A stretch of DNA of 64,000 nt from Alphaproteobacteria bacterium (GCA_045563015.1 JBJKUQ010000016.1:9280-73279); one strand, 5' to 3'; shown: positions 13,801 through 26,016, counted from the stretch's first letter. Numbers and translations are program-made. The notes: generated by a model from the sequence alone, not told the origin.

Positions 13801-14947
13801 AGTATATAAAAGGCTTGAATAATTCAATAGCCATTTTTTTTGGAATACCACATTGATGAAGTTTTAATTCTGGGCCTACAACAATTACAGACCTTCCAGA
13901 ATAATCAACTCTTTTACCTAAAAGGTTTTGTCTAAATCTTCCCTGCTTTCCTTTTAACATGTCAGATAATGATTTCAACGGCCTTTTATTCGTTCCAGTT
14001 ATCACTCTTCCCCTTCTTCCATTATCAAATAATGCATCACAAGCTTCTTGTAACATTCTTTTTTCATTCCTGACTATAATGTCAGGTGCCTTGAGTGTTA
14101 ATAATCTTTGAAGTCTATTGTTTCTATTAATTACTCTTCTGTAAAGATCATTGAGATCTGAAGTTGCAAATCTTCCACCATCCAATGGAACCAGTGGTCT
14201 CAGTTCAGGGGGAATAACTGGTATGACATTCATTATCATCCATTCAGGTTTTAATTTTGAATTAGTAAAAGCTTCAACAAGTTTGAGTCTTTTAACTAGC
14301 TTCTTAATTTTTGTCTCAGAGTTTGTAGCTTCCAAGTCAGCTCTGACTTTTTGCCTCTCAGTCTCAAGATCGATCTCTGATAATAATTTTTGTATGGCCT
14401 CAGCACCAATCATGCTCTGGAAACTATCACCATATTCATCTTTATAAGCTGTATTTTCTTCATCCGACAGTATCTGAAATTTTTTAAGTGACTTAACTAT
14501 CCCAGGCTCTGTAACTATGAAGCTTTCAAAATATAATACCTTTTCTAGATCTTTAAGCGCAAGATCCAAAAGAAGTCCAATTCTACTTGGAAGTGACTTT
14601 AAAAACCAAATATGAGCTACGGGTGCTGCAAGAGGAATGTGCCCCATCCTTTCACGTCGTACTTTAGCAAGTGTAACTTCAACACCACATTTTTCGCATA
14701 TAATACCCTTAAATTTCATTCTTTTGTATTTTCCACAAACACACTCGTAATCTTTGATCGGTCCAAATATTCTTGCACAAAAAAGACCGCTTCTCTCAGG
14801 TTTGAATGTTCTGTAATTGATAGTTTCAGGTTTTTTTATTTCACCATGCGACCAAGACTCAATTTCATCAGGGCTAGCTATTGAAATTTTAATCTGGTTA
14901 AAATCAATTTCACTGGGTTTTTCTATAAGCTTTAACATTTCATTCAT
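10808..14947 (-). CDS. rpoC: DNA-directed RNA polymerase subunit beta'
   Basis: 1379 aa; [12 protein letters not shown] catalytic motif; zinc-finger Cys cluster near N-terminus. Confidence 0.97.
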   Translation of the reverse strand: MNEMLKLIEKPSEIDFNQIKISIASPDEIESWSHGEIKKPETINYRTFKPERSGLFCARIFGPIKDYECVCGKYKRMKFKGIICEKCGVEVTLAKVRRERMGHIPLAAPVAHIWFLKSLPSRIGLLLDLALKDLEKVLYFESFIVTEPGIVKSLKKFQILSDEENTAYKDEYGDSFQSMIGAEAIQKLLSEIDLETERQKVRADLEATNSETKIKKLVKRLKLVEAFTNSKLKPEWMIMNVIPVIPPELRPLVPLDGGRFATSDLNDLYRRVINRNNRLQRLLTLKAPDIIVRNEKRMLQEACDALFDNGRRGRVITGTNKRPLKSLSDMLKGKQGRFRQNLLGKRVDYSGRSVIVVGPELKLHQCGIPKKMAIELFKPFIYSKLEKYNLAATIKAAKKMVERERPEVWDILAEVIREHPVLLNRAPTLHRLGIQAFEPILVEGKAIQLHPLVCTAFNADFDGDQMAVHVPLSLEAQLEARVLMMSTNNILSPANGKPIIVPSQDMILGLYYLSLVSHEGIGEGMCFASIEELSIALDQKIISLHSKIKCRYQTVDEDFQEKIVTLDTTPGRMLISEILPKHPKVSFELINRVLTKKEISNAIDVVYRHCGQKKTVIFADKLMEIGFREACKAGISFGKDDLLIPQNKSDMLLDTEKKVKLYEKQFSEGLITRGEKYNKVVDAWAKCSDNVADEMTKIIVPQSTDKVGQFNSVYMMADSGARGSAAQLKQLSGMRGLMAKPSGEIIETPIVSNFKEGLSVLEYFNSSHGARKGLADTALKTANSGYLTRRLVDVAQDCIITIDDCFTTKFITIEELIEDGEVVDKLSEKVLGRTLVEDLVDKKSNKVIATAGEIISEEHMGLIDAAAPENIKVRSVLTCEAEFGICAKCYGRDLARGTPANVGEAVGVVAAQSIGEPGTQLTMRTFHIGGAAQKGTEISNIESKYDGNVKFLNIEVAKDSSGNLINMSRNGSLSILDENNKERAKHRLPFGCKINLKDNSVIKASQSLAEWDPFTLPIVAQKNGVIVFKDLEEGVTTRQIVDDSTGLSSNIVIDWKQQAKNQDLIPRLEIHDKKKDGKVLVLDNGSLASYELTADSIIVINNEANIKEGDVLAKIPKESSKTKDITGGLPRVAELFEARRPKDHAIIAEISGEIKFGKDYKMKRKIEIVPEDASLEPVEYVISKSKHLTVQEGDKVEVGDVLVDGTAVPHDILRIKGVEALANYLIKEVQDVYRLQGVKINDKHIEVIVRQMMQKVEITDPGQTTFLTGEQISRKEFVETNERASKDGLKLAKGYQILLGITKASLQTDSFVSAASFQETTRVLTEAAVSGKVDNLFGLKENVIVGRLVPCGTGSFMSRVKVEATKKDKELLDKSSESS

Positions 14948-14962
14948 TTTTTTTTCCTTGCT

Positions 14963-17900
14963 CTATACGTTACCATCAAGAAGTTCAACATTCAGTCCTA
15001 GGGATTTCAATTCCATAATCAAAACATTAAATGATTCTGGAATACCAGATTCAATATTGTCATCACCTCTTACTATCGTCTCGTAGGCCTTAGTTCTTCC
15101 TGATACATCGTCAGACTTTACCGTCAACATTTCTTGTAAAGTGTATGAAGCACCATAAGCTTCAAGAGCCCAAACTTCCATCTCTCCAAATCTTTGCCCT
15201 CCAAATTGCGCCTTACCACCAAGAGGCTGTTGCGTTACTAAACTGTACGGCCCAATAGATCTGGCGTGAATCTTATCATCAACAAGATGATTAAGTTTAA
15301 GCATGTATATTTGTCCAACAGTTATTTTTCGATCGAAGTAATTACCTGTTCTCCCATCAATAAGTGTTTTTTGTCCACTGGTATCACTTTTAGCCACTTC
15401 GAAAAGTCTATTAATGTCAAGTTCCTTTGCACCGTCAAAAACTGGTGTTGCAAAAGGTACTCCGTCTTTTAAGTTATTGGCTCTTTTTATTAGCTCATCA
15501 TTCTTCAATTTTTCGAATCTTTCTTTAAAAATTTTTTCACCATAAACTTTTGAAAAGAGATCTTTTAACTCCGTAATTTGTTTTTTATTATTTTTAACAT
15601 CCTTAGCTAATGCAAAAAATTTTTTACCCAAATCAACAGAAACTGCCCCAAGGTGAGTTTCCAAAATTTGACCAACATTCATTCGTGAGGGAACACCCAA
15701 AGGATTTAAAACTATATCAACTGGAGTTCCATCTTCCATATAAGGCATATCTTCTACAGGAATTATTCTTGATATAACACCTTTGTTTCCATGTCTTCCA
15801 GCCATTTTATCGCCTGGTGCTAGCTGTCTTTTAACAGCAACAAAAACTTTTACTAATTTCATTACACCTGGAAGTAGTTCATCACCAGATTGAACTTTAT
15901 CAACCTTTGACTGAAAGGTTTTATTTAATACATCAAGACTTTTGTCAAAAGCTTCATTAAGTAATTCAATCTTTTTCATAATTGAATCATCTTTTATGGA
16001 AATATCTTTTAAATTTTTGAGTGAAAGTTGATCTAAGGTATTTTCATCAAGTTTTTTATTTTTTGTAATTTTTGCAATACCAGCTAAATAAGTTTGATCA
16101 ACCAAAAGTTTCTTGAGGTTTTCTCTAAAACTACTTTCTAAAATAAATCTTTCATCTTCCATATCAATGTGCAGTTGCTCTATTTGCAACCTTTCATTGG
16201 AAAGAGACCTCTCATCTTTATCGACACCTCTTCTAGAAAATACTCTAACTTCAACTATTGTACCTGAAACACCTGGAGGCAACCTTAATGATGTATCTTT
16301 AACATCAGCTGCTTTTTCTCCAAAAATTGCTCTTAGCAGTTTTTCTTCTGGTGTCATTGGGGATTCTCCTTTTGGGGTTACCTTTCCCACAAGTATGTCA
16401 CCTGGGTTAACTTTTGCTCCGATGTGAACAATTCCCGCTTCATCAAGATTAATTAGTGATTCTTCACCAACATTAGGGATATCTCTTGTTATTTCCTCTT
16501 GTCCAAGTTTGGTATCTCTTGCTAAAACTTCAAATTCTTGAATATGAATAGAAGTAAAAACATCGTTTACAACCAAATTTTCAGAAATAAGAATTGAATC
16601 TTCATAGTTGTATCCATTCCAAGGCATGAAAGCGACAGTAACATTTTTTCCTAAAGCCAGTTCACCAATTTTTGAAGCTGGACCATCAGCTATTATATCA
16701 CCCTCTTCAACATAATCACCAATTCTAACTAGAGGGGTTTGATTAATGCACGTGTCCTGATTAGATCTTTGAAATTTACTTAACCTATATATATCAACAC
16801 CGGTATCATTATCGCTTTTTTTAACTGCACTAATAACAATTCTAGATGCATCAACTTGGTTTACATAACCGGATCTTTTGGCTACTAAAACAACACCTGA
16901 ATCTCGTGCAACAACAGACTCCATACCTGTTCCCACAAATGGAGAATGGCTTTTTAAAAGAGGAACAGCTTGTCTCATCATATTAGAACCCATCAATGCT
17001 CTATTAGCATCATCATTTTCCAAGAATGGGATCAAAGCGGCTGCAACAGAAACTAGCTGTTTCGGAGATACGTCCATGTAGTCAACTTCTTTAGGGTCAA
17101 TCATTAAAAAATCCCCACTCTTTCTGCAAGAAACCAATGATCTTTCGAAAGAACCATCAGATTTGAGTGGCTCATTAGCCTGAGCAATGGTAAAATTTTC
17201 TTCTTCCATGGCAGAAAGATAGACAATTTCCGAAGAAACTTTCGAACCACTAACTTTTCTGTATGGAGTTTCAATAAATCCATACATATTTACTTTTGAA
17301 TAAGTTGCCAAAGAATTTATTAATCCTATGTTAGGACCTTCAGGTGTTTCTATAGGACATATTCTACCGTAGTGAGATGGATGAACATCCCTTACTTCAA
17401 AACCTGCGCGTTCTCTTGATAAACCTCCTGGACCTAAGGCTGAAAGTCTTCTCTTATGTGTAATTTCAGAGAGAGGGTTAGTTTGATCCATGAACTGAGA
17501 CAACTGACTTTGTCCAAAGAATTCTCTTATTGATGCTGAAGCTGGCTTTGGGTTAACTAAATCATTAGGCATAACTGTTTCTATGTCTGGAGCATTAGTC
17601 ATTCTTTCTTTAATTGCTCTTTCCATTCTAATTACGCCCAATGTATATTGATTCTCGAGAAGTTCTCCTACGGACCTTACTCTTCTGTTACCAAGATGGT
17701 CTATATCATCAATATGCCCTACACCATCTTTAAGACCAGACAAATATCTAACAATTTGTATTAAGTCAGTATTGACAAGAGTTCTTTTTGAAGCTTCCGT
17801 ATCCAGACTTAATCTAGTATTAAGCTTTAACCTACCAACTGGAGAAAGATCATATCTTTCTCTATCAAAAAAGAGGGACCTGAAAAGTTTATCTGCAGCT

Positions 17901-19135
17901 TCAAGTGTTGGTGGTTCACCAGGTCTAAGAATTTTATAGATTTCAGTTATTGCATCATTTCTATTTTTATTCTTATCCGCAAAAAAAGTATCTCTAATAT
18001 ATGAGCCTTGTTTGTTAGAGTTAATTTTTAATATTTCAATTTCAGAGATATTTTTTTCTTCAAGAAATTTTAGAGTTTCTTCAGAGATCTCTTCACCCGA
18101 TTCAAAAAAAATTATTCCGTTGTTTTTGTCATAAATATCTTTGGATAGAAAACAGCCCATCAGGTCTTCAATATCTAAAAGAAGTTTTTTTACTGAATCA
18201 ATTTTTAAGTTTTTTGAAATTGCCGCGTTAAATTTATCACCTTTTTTTGCATAAACTTTTCCATTAGATGCATTAATTATATCAAAATCTAATTTACCAC
18301 CTAAGAAGTCTTTTTCTTCATAATTAAATTCCCATCTATCTTTATTTTTCGTTAATTTTCTATTCTCATAAAAATATGAAAATAACTCTTCATGTGTGAT
18401 TCCATTAATTTTTGTGTGATCTATCTCCTTATTGTTAGTAATACAATCTTCCCTATATTTGGCGGATTTGTGATCATCAAGAGCAAGTAAAAGCGATGAA
18501 GCAAGAAGTTTTCTTCTCTTGTCAATTCTTACATATATTAAGTCCTTACCGTCAAATTCAAAATCAATCCAAGATCCATTATAAGGAATTAGCCTTGAAG
18601 CAAAAAGAAACTTACCTGTTGAGTGACTTTTTCCTTTGTCATGATCAAAAAAAACTCCAGGAGACCTATGCATTTGAGAAACAACTGCTCTTGTGGTCCC
18701 ATTAAATACAAAAGTACCCTTAGATGTCATAAGTGGCATATCACCAAGGTAAACATCTTGCTCTTTAATATCTTTTACAGTTGAAACACCAGTTTCTTCG
18801 TCAACTTCTCTAATAATTAAATTTAATGTAACCCTTAACAAGGATCCAAATGTTGAGCCTCTTTGTATACATTCATCAACATCATATCTTGGCTCCTCAA
18901 GTTCATACTTTACAAATCTTAATTCTGCAATACCAGAAAAATCAGTTATAGGGAAAACTTTATTGAACACCGCCTGTAAACCTGTGTCTTCACGATCTTC
19001 AGGTTTTACATCTTTTTGCAAAAAAAGATCATATGAGTTTTTTTGGATTTCCAGAAGATTAGGCATGTCCACTAAGTCGGGGATTTTGCCAAAGCTTTTT
19101 CTAATATTATGTTTTAAAGTAAAAGATTTATTCAT
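14963..19135 (-). CDS. rpoB: DNA-directed RNA polymerase subunit beta
   Basis: 1390 aa; conserved rifampicin-region and [13 protein letters not shown] motifs. Confidence 0.97.
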   Translation of the reverse strand: MNKSFTLKHNIRKSFGKIPDLVDMPNLLEIQKNSYDLFLQKDVKPEDREDTGLQAVFNKVFPITDFSGIAELRFVKYELEEPRYDVDECIQRGSTFGSLLRVTLNLIIREVDEETGVSTVKDIKEQDVYLGDMPLMTSKGTFVFNGTTRAVVSQMHRSPGVFFDHDKGKSHSTGKFLFASRLIPYNGSWIDFEFDGKDLIYVRIDKRRKLLASSLLLALDDHKSAKYREDCITNNKEIDHTKINGITHEELFSYFYENRKLTKNKDRWEFNYEEKDFLGGKLDFDIINASNGKVYAKKGDKFNAAISKNLKIDSVKKLLLDIEDLMGCFLSKDIYDKNNGIIFFESGEEISEETLKFLEEKNISEIEILKINSNKQGSYIRDTFFADKNKNRNDAITEIYKILRPGEPPTLEAADKLFRSLFFDRERYDLSPVGRLKLNTRLSLDTEASKRTLVNTDLIQIVRYLSGLKDGVGHIDDIDHLGNRRVRSVGELLENQYTLGVIRMERAIKERMTNAPDIETVMPNDLVNPKPASASIREFFGQSQLSQFMDQTNPLSEITHKRRLSALGPGGLSRERAGFEVRDVHPSHYGRICPIETPEGPNIGLINSLATYSKVNMYGFIETPYRKVSGSKVSSEIVYLSAMEEENFTIAQANEPLKSDGSFERSLVSCRKSGDFLMIDPKEVDYMDVSPKQLVSVAAALIPFLENDDANRALMGSNMMRQAVPLLKSHSPFVGTGMESVVARDSGVVLVAKRSGYVNQVDASRIVISAVKKSDNDTGVDIYRLSKFQRSNQDTCINQTPLVRIGDYVEEGDIIADGPASKIGELALGKNVTVAFMPWNGYNYEDSILISENLVVNDVFTSIHIQEFEVLARDTKLGQEEITRDIPNVGEESLINLDEAGIVHIGAKVNPGDILVGKVTPKGESPMTPEEKLLRAIFGEKAADVKDTSLRLPPGVSGTIVEVRVFSRRGVDKDERSLSNERLQIEQLHIDMEDERFILESSFRENLKKLLVDQTYLAGIAKITKNKKLDENTLDQLSLKNLKDISIKDDSIMKKIELLNEAFDKSLDVLNKTFQSKVDKVQSGDELLPGVMKLVKVFVAVKRQLAPGDKMAGRHGNKGVISRIIPVEDMPYMEDGTPVDIVLNPLGVPSRMNVGQILETHLGAVSVDLGKKFFALAKDVKNNKKQITELKDLFSKVYGEKIFKERFEKLKNDELIKRANNLKDGVPFATPVFDGAKELDINRLFEVAKSDTSGQKTLIDGRTGNYFDRKITVGQIYMLKLNHLVDDKIHARSIGPYSLVTQQPLGGKAQFGGQRFGEMEVWALEAYGASYTLQEMLTVKSDDVSGRTKAYETIVRGDDNIESGIPESFNVLIMELKSLGLNVELLDGNV

Positions 19136-19143
19136 ATTGATGC

Positions 19144-19527
19144 TTACTTAAGTTCAACAGTTGCGCCTGCCTCTTCTAACTGTTTTTTAAACTTTTCAGC
19201 ATCTTCCTTACTTACACCATCTTTTAACTTACTTGGAGCACCTTCAACTAAATCTTTAGCTTCTTTAAGTCCCAACCCTGTGATAGTTCGTACTTCTTTG
19301 ATTACATTAATTTTTTTGTCTCCAGCCGCAGCTAAGTTTATTGTGAATTCTGTTTTTTCTTCAGCTCCACCACCATCTGCTGCTCCGCCTCCTGCAGCTA
19401 CTGCTGCTACTGCTACTGGTGCTGCTGCTGAAACACCCCATTTTTCTTCAAGAATTTTTGTAAGCTCTGAGGCTTCTAAAACTGTTAAACCAGATAAATC
19501 TTCTGCTATTTTTTGTAGGTCTGCCAT
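19144..19527 (-). CDS. rplL: 50S ribosomal protein L7/L12
   Basis: Ala/Gly hinge and C-terminal ...EAGATVELK. Confidence 0.95.
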   Translation of the reverse strand: MADLQKIAEDLSGLTVLEASELTKILEEKWGVSAAAPVAVAAVAAGGGAADGGGAEEKTEFTINLAAAGDKKINVIKEVRTITGLGLKEAKDLVEGAPSKLKDGVSKEDAEKFKKQLEEAGATVELK

Positions 19528-19542
19528 AATTTACTCCTTAGA

Positions 19543-20064
19543 TTAATTATTAAATTTATTATTAACCAATCTTAATAGACTGGATTGATTTGCCTGAAAA
19601 ATACTAAGAATATTTCTTTGATTTGATATTAACAAACCAACTATTTTTGCTCTTAATTCTTCCATGCTTGGGAGAGAGGCTAATTTCTTTATATCTTCTA
19701 TAGATAGTTCTTTCCCATCCATAGCCCCACCAAGAATTTTTAAATTTTCATTATCTTTAGAGAAGTCTACCATTGCCTTAGATGTAGACACTGGGTCATT
19801 CGAAAAAACAACCGACGTAGGACCAACAAAAAATTTTTCTAATATTTCAAAATTTGTATCCTTGATTGCTCTCTTTGCTAAGGTATTTTTAGCTACTTTG
19901 AAAGTAGAATTGGTTGACTTAACTTTAACTCTTAATGATGACATTTCTGATACAGTTAGACCTTTGTAGTGAGCAACTACTAAGAAATCCTTTTCTTTTA
20001 ATGTAGAATTAAAACTCTTAACAAACTCGTGTTTTTCGGCCTTTTGCATAGCAATTATCTCCAA
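19543..20064 (-). CDS. rplJ: 50S ribosomal protein L10
   Basis: 173 aa; L10 family; position between rplA and rplL. Confidence 0.9.
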   Translation of the reverse strand: MEIIAMQKAEKHEFVKSFNSTLKEKDFLVVAHYKGLTVSEMSSLRVKVKSTNSTFKVAKNTLAKRAIKDTNFEILEKFFVGPTSVVFSNDPVSTSKAMVDFSKDNENLKILGGAMDGKELSIEDIKKLASLPSMEELRAKIVGLLISNQRNILSIFQANQSSLLRLVNNKFNN

Positions 20065-20161
20065 TTTAATCTGTCTGAGTAAATCTATGATTAACCCATC
20101 TATTCAGGAACAGTTTACGGCAATGCCACCTGAAGTCTTTGACAGAATAATATTTCAAACA

Positions 20162-20848
20162 TTACATAACACTTGTTGGATCAACTTGCAAGCCCGGACC
20201 CATTGTAGTGTTAATATAAATTTTTTTTATAAAAATCCCCTTGGATGTTTCTGGTTTTTTTTTCTTAAGTTCATTGTAAAAGAAAATCAGATTTTTTTTT
20301 AATTCTTCATCAGAGAAGCTTGCTTTTCCAAAAGTTGTGTGAACAATTCCAGCTTTATCAGTTTTAAATTCGATTTGCCCAGCTTTAACTTTTTTTACAG
20401 CTTCTTCAATATTATTGGTCACAGTTCCTAACTTTGGATTTGGCATAAGGCCTTTTGGCCCAAGAATTTGCCCAATAGCACTTACCTTGATCATCATTTG
20501 AGGAGTCGAAATACATTTGTCAAAGTCAATTTGTCCACCTTTTATATTTTCAATTAAATCATCGGCTCCTATAATATCAGCTCCGGCCTTTTTTGCAGTA
20601 TCTTGATCATTACCATCTGCAAACACAGCAATCTTAATTTTTTTTTCAGGCATTTTAGGAAGACTTAAAACTCCTCGTATTTGTTGGTCAGATTTCTTTG
20701 CATCAATACCTAAAACTACCGAGACATCAACTGATTCATCAAATTTTTTTGACGTAAATTTTTTGGCTAATGAAATTGCCTCGTTTATATTCATTACGTT
20801 ATGCTCACCTATTTCTTTAACTATAAATTTTTTTTTTTTTGATAACAT
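20162..20848 (-). CDS. rplA: 50S ribosomal protein L1
   Basis: NINEAISLAKK...ESVDVSVVLGIDAKKSDQQIRG is L1. Confidence 0.94.
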   Translation of the reverse strand: MLSKKKKFIVKEIGEHNVMNINEAISLAKKFTSKKFDESVDVSVVLGIDAKKSDQQIRGVLSLPKMPEKKIKIAVFADGNDQDTAKKAGADIIGADDLIENIKGGQIDFDKCISTPQMMIKVSAIGQILGPKGLMPNPKLGTVTNNIEEAVKKVKAGQIEFKTDKAGIVHTTFGKASFSDEELKKNLIFFYNELKKKKPETSKGIFIKKIYINTTMGPGLQVDPTSVM

Positions 20849-20849
20849 T

Positions 20850-21275
20850 TTATTCTACCGTAATCCCCATAGACCGTGCTGTGCCCGATACCATTCTTTC
20901 TGCAGATTCAATGTTGTCAGTATTTAAATCGCTCATTTTATCTTCAGCAATTTTTCTAACATCATTTTTAGATATAGATGCAATCACTTCCTTACCTGGT
21001 GTCTTAGAGGCTTTTTTTAGTTTTAATGCTTTTTTGATAAAAAATGAAACTGGAGGAGATTTTGTTTCAAATGAAAAACTTTTGTCTTGGTAAACTGAGA
21101 TTACAACAGGAATTGGCATTCCCTGCTCTAACTTTTGGGTCGAAGCATTAAATGCTTTACAAAATTCCATAATATTTACACCTTTTTGTCCTAATGCAGG
21201 ACCGACAGGTGGGGATGGGTTAGCTTGTCCTGCAGGTATTTGAAGTTTGATATAACCGTCTATTTTTTTTGCCAT
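20850..21275 (-). CDS. rplK: 50S ribosomal protein L11
   Basis: [32 protein letters not shown] is L11. Confidence 0.96.
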   Translation of the reverse strand: MAKKIDGYIKLQIPAGQANPSPPVGPALGQKGVNIMEFCKAFNASTQKLEQGMPIPVVISVYQDKSFSFETKSPPVSFFIKKALKLKKASKTPGKEVIASISKNDVRKIAEDKMSDLNTDNIESAERMVSGTARSMGITVE

Positions 21276-21302
21276 AATTTTTTTTTTCTTTTTATAGAAT
21301 TT

Positions 21303-21833
21303 TTATATTTTTTCAACTTGAGAGTACTCTAGATCAACCGGTGTTGATCTTCCAAAAATTGAAACACTTACTTTTAATCTAGCTTTTTCTTCATCTACCT
21401 CTTCCACCATTCCGTTAAATGATGAAAAAGGACCATCTGATACTCTAACTTGCTCACCAATTTCAAAACTAACAGAAGGTTTAGGTTTTTCTGCTCCCTC
21501 TTTTGTTTGCTTTATAATTGCATCCACTTCACTCTGAGAGACAGGAATAGGTTCACCTTTTTTACCCCCAAGAAATCCATATACTTTTGGAATTTGCCTG
21601 ACTGTGTGCCAAATTTCATCATTCATAACCATTCTCATTATCATATATCCGGGAAAAAATTTTCTTTCTGTATTAACTTTTTTACCTTTTTTCATCTCAA
21701 TTACATCTTCTGACGGAATTAAAATTTCTTCTACATTCTGCTTTAAGCCTTTTTTTTCTAATTGAATCAACAATTCTTTCTCCACTTTTTTTTCTGTACC
21801 AGAGTGCACTTGTAAAATATACCAATTATACAT
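21303..21833 (-). CDS. nusG: Transcription termination/antitermination factor NusG
   Basis: [14 protein letters not shown]... NGN domain + KOW; upstream of rplK. Confidence 0.93.
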   Translation of the reverse strand: MYNWYILQVHSGTEKKVEKELLIQLEKKGLKQNVEEILIPSEDVIEMKKGKKVNTERKFFPGYMIMRMVMNDEIWHTVRQIPKVYGFLGGKKGEPIPVSQSEVDAIIKQTKEGAEKPKPSVSFEIGEQVRVSDGPFSSFNGMVEEVDEEKARLKVSVSIFGRSTPVDLEYSQVEKI

Positions 21834-21837
21834 AATT

Positions 21838-22020
21838 TTAAAACAATAAAAGTTCTACAAAAAATGACACAATTTTGTCAACAAAGAGAAAGAATATTGA
21901 TGAAATAATCACAAAAATAAATACCATGATTGTGGTAGTTATGACCTCAGGTTTTGTAGGCCAAGTGATTTTTAGGCCCTCTTGTTTAACCTCGTTGTAA
22001 AATTTAACAATCTTTTGCAT
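21838..22020 (-). CDS. secE: Preprotein translocase subunit SecE
   Basis: Small single-TM protein directly upstream of nusG; likely start at internal [11 protein letters not shown]... (ORF extends to 22077). Confidence 0.8.
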   Translation of the reverse strand: MQKIVKFYNEVKQEGLKITWPTKPEVITTTIMVFIFVIISSIFFLFVDKIVSFFVELLLF

Positions 22021-22089
22021 TTTGAGTGAGAAAATTTTTTTTGTATTGTTATCATAAAGAAACAAAATTACAAACATTTATTTAATATT

Positions 22090-22797
22090 ATGGATTTAAA
22101 ACAAAATATTTTCATTCTAACTGGTGCTGGTATTTCCAAAGAGAGCGGTATAAATACATTTAGAGAAAGGGATGGACTATGGGATAATCATAAAATTGAG
22201 GATGTCTGTACAATAGATGCATTTCGAAGAAACCCTGATTTAGTAAATAACTTTTACAATGAAAGAAAAAAAAATCTTAATTCAGAAAAAATAAATCCTA
22301 ATAAAGCGCACTTTGCAATTTCTTTGCTTGAAAAAAAATGGCTAGGTAATTTTTTATTGGTAACTCAAAATATTGATGATCTTCATGAAAGAGCAGGTTC
22401 AAAAAAAATATTGCATATGCACGGTTCACTCAATGAGGCTTTTTGTATGAATTGTAACAATAAGGAATATCTTAACTTTAAACTATCATCGCAATATGAG
22501 TGTCAAAATTGCAAAAAAAAAGGTGAAGTAAGAGTAGATGTTGTTTGGTTTGGTGAGCAGCCAAAGTATCTTGATAAAATATTCAATTTTCTTGAAAAGA
22601 CAGATATTTTTTTATCTATCGGGACATCAAATAATGTATATCCTGCTGCCGGTTTTGTTGATTATATATTAAAAAATAAAGAAAATGCTAAAATGTATGA
22701 ATTCAACATAGAACAAACTAACAAAAGCTCACTATTTACAAAGTCTATTATTGGGCCAGCTAGCAAAACATTAGAAAAATTTGTTAACAGTTTGTAA
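22090..22797 (+). CDS. cobB: NAD-dependent protein deacylase (Sir2/CobB family)
   Basis: GAGIS.ESGI..FR; QNIDDLHERAG; Zn-ribbon CMNC...CQNC. Confidence 0.88.
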   Translation: MDLKQNIFILTGAGISKESGINTFRERDGLWDNHKIEDVCTIDAFRRNPDLVNNFYNERKKNLNSEKINPNKAHFAISLLEKKWLGNFLLVTQNIDDLHERAGSKKILHMHGSLNEAFCMNCNNKEYLNFKLSSQYECQNCKKKGEVRVDVVWFGEQPKYLDKIFNFLEKTDIFLSIGTSNNVYPAAGFVDYILKNKENAKMYEFNIEQTNKSSLFTKSIIGPASKTLEKFVNSL

Positions 22798-22801
22798 AAA
22801 A

Positions 22802-22876
22802 TGGCAGGGGCGGAGAGACTTGAACTCACGACCTACGGTTTTGGAGACCGTCGCTCTACCAACTGAGCTACACCCC
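22802..22876 (-). tRNA. tRNA-Trp (CCA)
   Basis: Reverse complement folds as a cloverleaf GGGGTGTAGCTCAGTTGGTAGAGC...; anticodon loop CTCCAAA; 3' CCA encoded. Confidence 0.9.
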
Positions 22877-22887
22877 TATTTTTTTTT

Positions 22888-22961
22888 TGGAGCGGGTGAA
22901 GGGAATCGAACCCTCGTAACCAGCTTGGAAGGCTGGGGCTTTACCACTAAGCTACACCCGC
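22888..22961 (-). tRNA. tRNA-Gly (TCC)
   Basis: Reverse complement GCGGGTGTAGCTTAGTGGTAAAGC...GGTTCGATTCC; anticodon loop CTTCCAA. Confidence 0.9.
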
Positions 22962-23013
22962 AAAAAAATATTTTTGGTATAATGTGACATGTTTACAATA
23001 ATTGCAATATAAT

Positions 23014-23346
23014 ATGAAAATGATTTTATACCATAATAGAAACTGTTCTAAATCAAGAGAATGTTTTAAAATTTTAGAAAAAAAAAAAATAAATTTTCAA
23101 ATAAGAGAATATATGAAAAACCCACTTTCATTGGAAGAACTTTTAACAATAATTGAAAACTTAAGCACGAAACTCGATGAAATTATTAGAAATAAAAAAA
23201 AAATTGACTTAAATAAAATTTCAAAAAAAGAATTATGCCAATTTTTATTTGATAATCCTAAAGAGATTCAAAGACCAATTTTTTTTGATGGTTCAACTTA
23301 TACTGTATGCAGACCTCCAGAGAAAGTACTTGAGGTTATCAAATGA
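23014..23346 (+). CDS. ArsC/Spx-family thioredoxin-fold protein (YffB-like)
   Basis: ILYHNRNCSKSRE motif; ~110 aa; ORF begins 23002 with alternative Met starts. Confidence 0.7.
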   Translation: MKMILYHNRNCSKSRECFKILEKKKINFQIREYMKNPLSLEELLTIIENLSTKLDEIIRNKKKIDLNKISKKELCQFLFDNPKEIQRPIFFDGSTYTVCRPPEKVLEVIK

Positions 23347-23374
23347 ATTTAAAATTATTTTGTAAAACTTACTT

Positions 23375-23460
23375 TGGTGGAGGGAGTAGGATTTGAACCT
23401 ACGTAGGCTTACGCCGTCAGATTTACAGTCTGATGTATTTGACCACTCTACCATCCCTCC
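23375..23460 (-). tRNA. tRNA-Tyr (GTA), class II with long variable arm
   Basis: Reverse complement GGAGGGATGGTAGAGTGGTC...; anticodon loop CTGTAAA; 86 nt; CCA encoded. Confidence 0.88.
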
Positions 23461-23530
23461 ATTAATTGAATGTATACTTTGCAATTCTATAATTTGTAAA
23501 GTAAAAAATAAATTTTAAAAAGAAATCAAA

Positions 23531-24250
23531 ATGTCAGTTAAAGAAACCAATTTTATCTTCGGGTTACATTCCTCACTTGGAGCTATTTTAAATAAAAATA
23601 GAACTATTAAGAAAATTGTATGCACTGCTGAAGTGTATGAAAAAAATAAAATTTTTTTTGAGAAAGTAAAAAATATAAAAATAAAAATTTTAAACAGAAA
23701 ACAAATTGATCTGTTGACCGCAGAAAAAGTTCATCAGGGAATTGTTGTATATTGTGAAAAATTATCTAATAAGACAATTACAGATATCAAAAAAGAAGAA
23801 GATTTAATTATTATTTTAGATTCGTTAAACGACACACAAAATGTTGGTGCAATAATTAGAACTGCATATGCATTTGGTATTGAAACTATTATTTATTCAA
23901 AACATAGTTCTTTTGAAATAAACCCTTTCTTGATAAAATCCGCAAGTGGTGCATTTGAAAAAGTAAAACTTATAGAAGTTATAAATTTAAACAAAGCAAT
24001 AAATTTTTTGAAAAAAAAAAATTTTTGGATTGTTGGCTTGGATAAAGATTCAGAAAATGAAATTAGTTCCGTTCCAAGCGATTTGAAAAAGGCTGTTATT
24101 TTAGGTTCAGAAAGTAAGGGTATAAAAAAGTTATTACTAGAGAATTGTGATTTTCGAATTAGTATAAAAATTAAAAAAAGTGAAATTTTTGATAGCCTTA
24201 ATGTATCAAATGCAGCAGCTATAACTTTATATGAGTTCAGAAAAAAATGA
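23531..24250 (+). CDS. rlmB: TrmH/SpoU-family rRNA 2'-O-methyltransferase (RlmB-like)
   Basis: LDSLNDTQNVGAIIRTAYAFG...LGSESKGI SPOUT motifs. Confidence 0.85.
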   Translation: MSVKETNFIFGLHSSLGAILNKNRTIKKIVCTAEVYEKNKIFFEKVKNIKIKILNRKQIDLLTAEKVHQGIVVYCEKLSNKTITDIKKEEDLIIILDSLNDTQNVGAIIRTAYAFGIETIIYSKHSSFEINPFLIKSASGAFEKVKLIEVINLNKAINFLKKKNFWIVGLDKDSENEISSVPSDLKKAVILGSESKGIKKLLLENCDFRISIKIKKSEIFDSLNVSNAAAITLYEFRKK

Positions 24251-24861
24251 GAGATCTTCCAAAATTTTACGATAACTTGGATCTTACACTTGAAGAAATT
24301 AAATATCTTTTAACTAGAGGAATCAAAGATAGAAAATCTTGCTTTCATTATACAGTTTTAAGTACAATAAATAATGAATTTCCTGAATCAAGAACTGTAA
24401 TTCTAAGAAACTTTAATGAAGAAAATTTTGAATTAAACATTCATAGTGACCTGAGATCGAAAAAAATAAACCAGATAATAAAAAATAAAAATATCTCTTG
24501 TTTATTTTACGATGATAAAAAAAAAATCCAAATAAGAATAAACGGTCAGGCAGAAATAGAAAAATCTTACAAACCATCATGGGAAAAATTAACAAATTGG
24601 TCAAAGAGATGCTACTTAAGCACCGCACAACCCGGAACAGAAGTTACTGAACCATCATCGGGGTTTCCTGATAAATTTATTAATGATTCTCCGAATAATG
24701 AGGATTCAATTAAAGGTTTAAAAAACTTTTCTGTGATAAGAATTGTTATAAGAAGAATTGAATGGTTGTATTTGGCAAGTCAAGGTCATCGAAGAGCAAA
24801 CTATGAAATTGTAAGAAAAAACTCATCAATAAAAGTTATAAAGAAATGGCTAGTACCTTAA
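24247..24861 (+). CDS. Pyridoxamine 5'-phosphate oxidase-family FMN-binding protein (PdxH-like)
   Basis: IQIRINGQAEIE and C-terminal ...HRRANYE...W..P resemble the PNPOx split-barrel and PdxH tail. Confidence 0.5.
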   Translation: MRDLPKFYDNLDLTLEEIKYLLTRGIKDRKSCFHYTVLSTINNEFPESRTVILRNFNEENFELNIHSDLRSKKINQIIKNKNISCLFYDDKKKIQIRINGQAEIEKSYKPSWEKLTNWSKRCYLSTAQPGTEVTEPSSGFPDKFINDSPNNEDSIKGLKNFSVIRIVIRRIEWLYLASQGHRRANYEIVRKNSSIKVIKKWLVP

Positions 24862-25448
24862 AAAAATTTGAATTTTTATTTATATTTTTAATATTGCCAT
24901 CAGTTATTTTTTTTTTCAATTCAACAGTAATTGCTTTTTCTATTCTTTATTTAATTTTTTTTACATCAGTATTAATACTTTACAATGATAAAGATTTTTC
25001 TTTTTATTCTTTAAAAAAAAAGATTGATTGGAAATTTGTTTTAATATTTTCTTTTATTTTTTTAATATTAGGTTTTTTTTATACATTGATTCTTGATGAA
25101 AATTTATTGTTTAATTTTCCTAAATCTAACATTAAACTTTGGTTAGTCGTTATTTTTATGTATCCATTTTTGTCAGTTATTCCCCAAGAAATAGTATATA
25201 GAGTGTTTTTTTTTCAGAGGTTTTTTCCTAAAAAAAATAAGATGGTTTTTTCTATATTGATAAATTTAGTTTTCTTTTCTTACGGACATTTAATTTTTTA
25301 TAATATACATGCAATATTAATTACAGCAATCGTATCCCCAATTTTTGCTTATGCTTATTTACAAAAATCGTTTCTGACTTGTATAATTCTACATTCATTA
25401 GGTGGTCAAATAATATTTACACTAGGTCTTGGTAAATTTTTTTATTAA
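24846..25448 (+). CDS. CPBP-family intramembrane metalloprotease (CAAX protease-like)
   Basis: Multi-TM; PQEIVYRVFF (EExxxR-like), FSYGHL (FxxxH) and a distal H motif. Confidence 0.5.
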   Translation: MASTLKKFEFLFIFLILPSVIFFFNSTVIAFSILYLIFFTSVLILYNDKDFSFYSLKKKIDWKFVLIFSFIFLILGFFYTLILDENLLFNFPKSNIKLWLVVIFMYPFLSVIPQEIVYRVFFFQRFFPKKNKMVFSILINLVFFSYGHLIFYNIHAILITAIVSPIFAYAYLQKSFLTCIILHSLGGQIIFTLGLGKFFY

Positions 25449-26008
25449 AGATAATTAACTTCTAAACCTTTCAATCCACAGTATCCATTTGGATTTTTGT
25501 GAAGATACTTTTGATGATAATCCTCTGCAACAAAAAAATTCTCTAATATTCTAATTTCAGTATGAATTGTACCTAGAGATTTTGAAGTTAAAATTTTCTG
25601 AAACTTTTCCTTTGATTTTTCAAGATTGCTAATCAAGTCTTTTTTATCTGTAAGAATTATTGATCTATATTGAGTGCCAATATCGTTACCCTGTCTATTC
25701 TGTTGGGTAGGGTTATGTGATTCCCAAAAAATTTTTAGCAAATCATTCATATGAATTTTTCTTTCATCATAAATTACTTTTACAACTTCTGCATGACCGG
25801 TTTTTCCCGAACAAACACTTTCATAGTTTGGGTTATTGCTATGTCCTCCTGCGTAACCAACAACAGTAGTATACAAACCATCAAGATGCCAAAATCTTCT
25901 TTCAGCGCCCCAAAAACATCCCATTCCAAAATAAATTCTTGAGAGAAAATTAGGTATTTTTTTTTTTACATCTACTTCAAAAATACTCATGAATCGTTTT
26001 TTATCCAA
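25445..26008 (-). CDS. msrA: Peptide methionine sulfoxide reductase MsrA
   Basis: GMGCFWGAE catalytic motif; possible start at internal MSIFEV. Confidence 0.92.
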   Translation of the reverse strand: MDKKRFMSIFEVDVKKKIPNFLSRIYFGMGCFWGAERRFWHLDGLYTTVVGYAGGHSNNPNYESVCSGKTGHAEVVKVIYDERKIHMNDLLKIFWESHNPTQQNRQGNDIGTQYRSIILTDKKDLISNLEKSKEKFQKILTSKSLGTIHTEIRILENFFVAEDYHQKYLHKNPNGYCGLKGLEVNYL

Positions 26009-26016
26009 TGCTTAAG

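Noticed and set aside
19280-19546. 88-aa Ala/Pro-rich plus-strand ORF
   Set aside because: It is antisense to the Ala/Gly hinge of rplL. The composition is a mirror artefact of that hinge.
22877-22887. T11 run between tRNA-Trp and tRNA-Gly
   Set aside because: It is a simple homopolymer spacer, too short to be a feature. No repeat structure around it.
23293-23484. 63-aa minus-strand ORF
   Set aside because: It overlaps tRNA-Tyr (23375-23460) and the 3' end of the ArsC-family gene, and has no domain.
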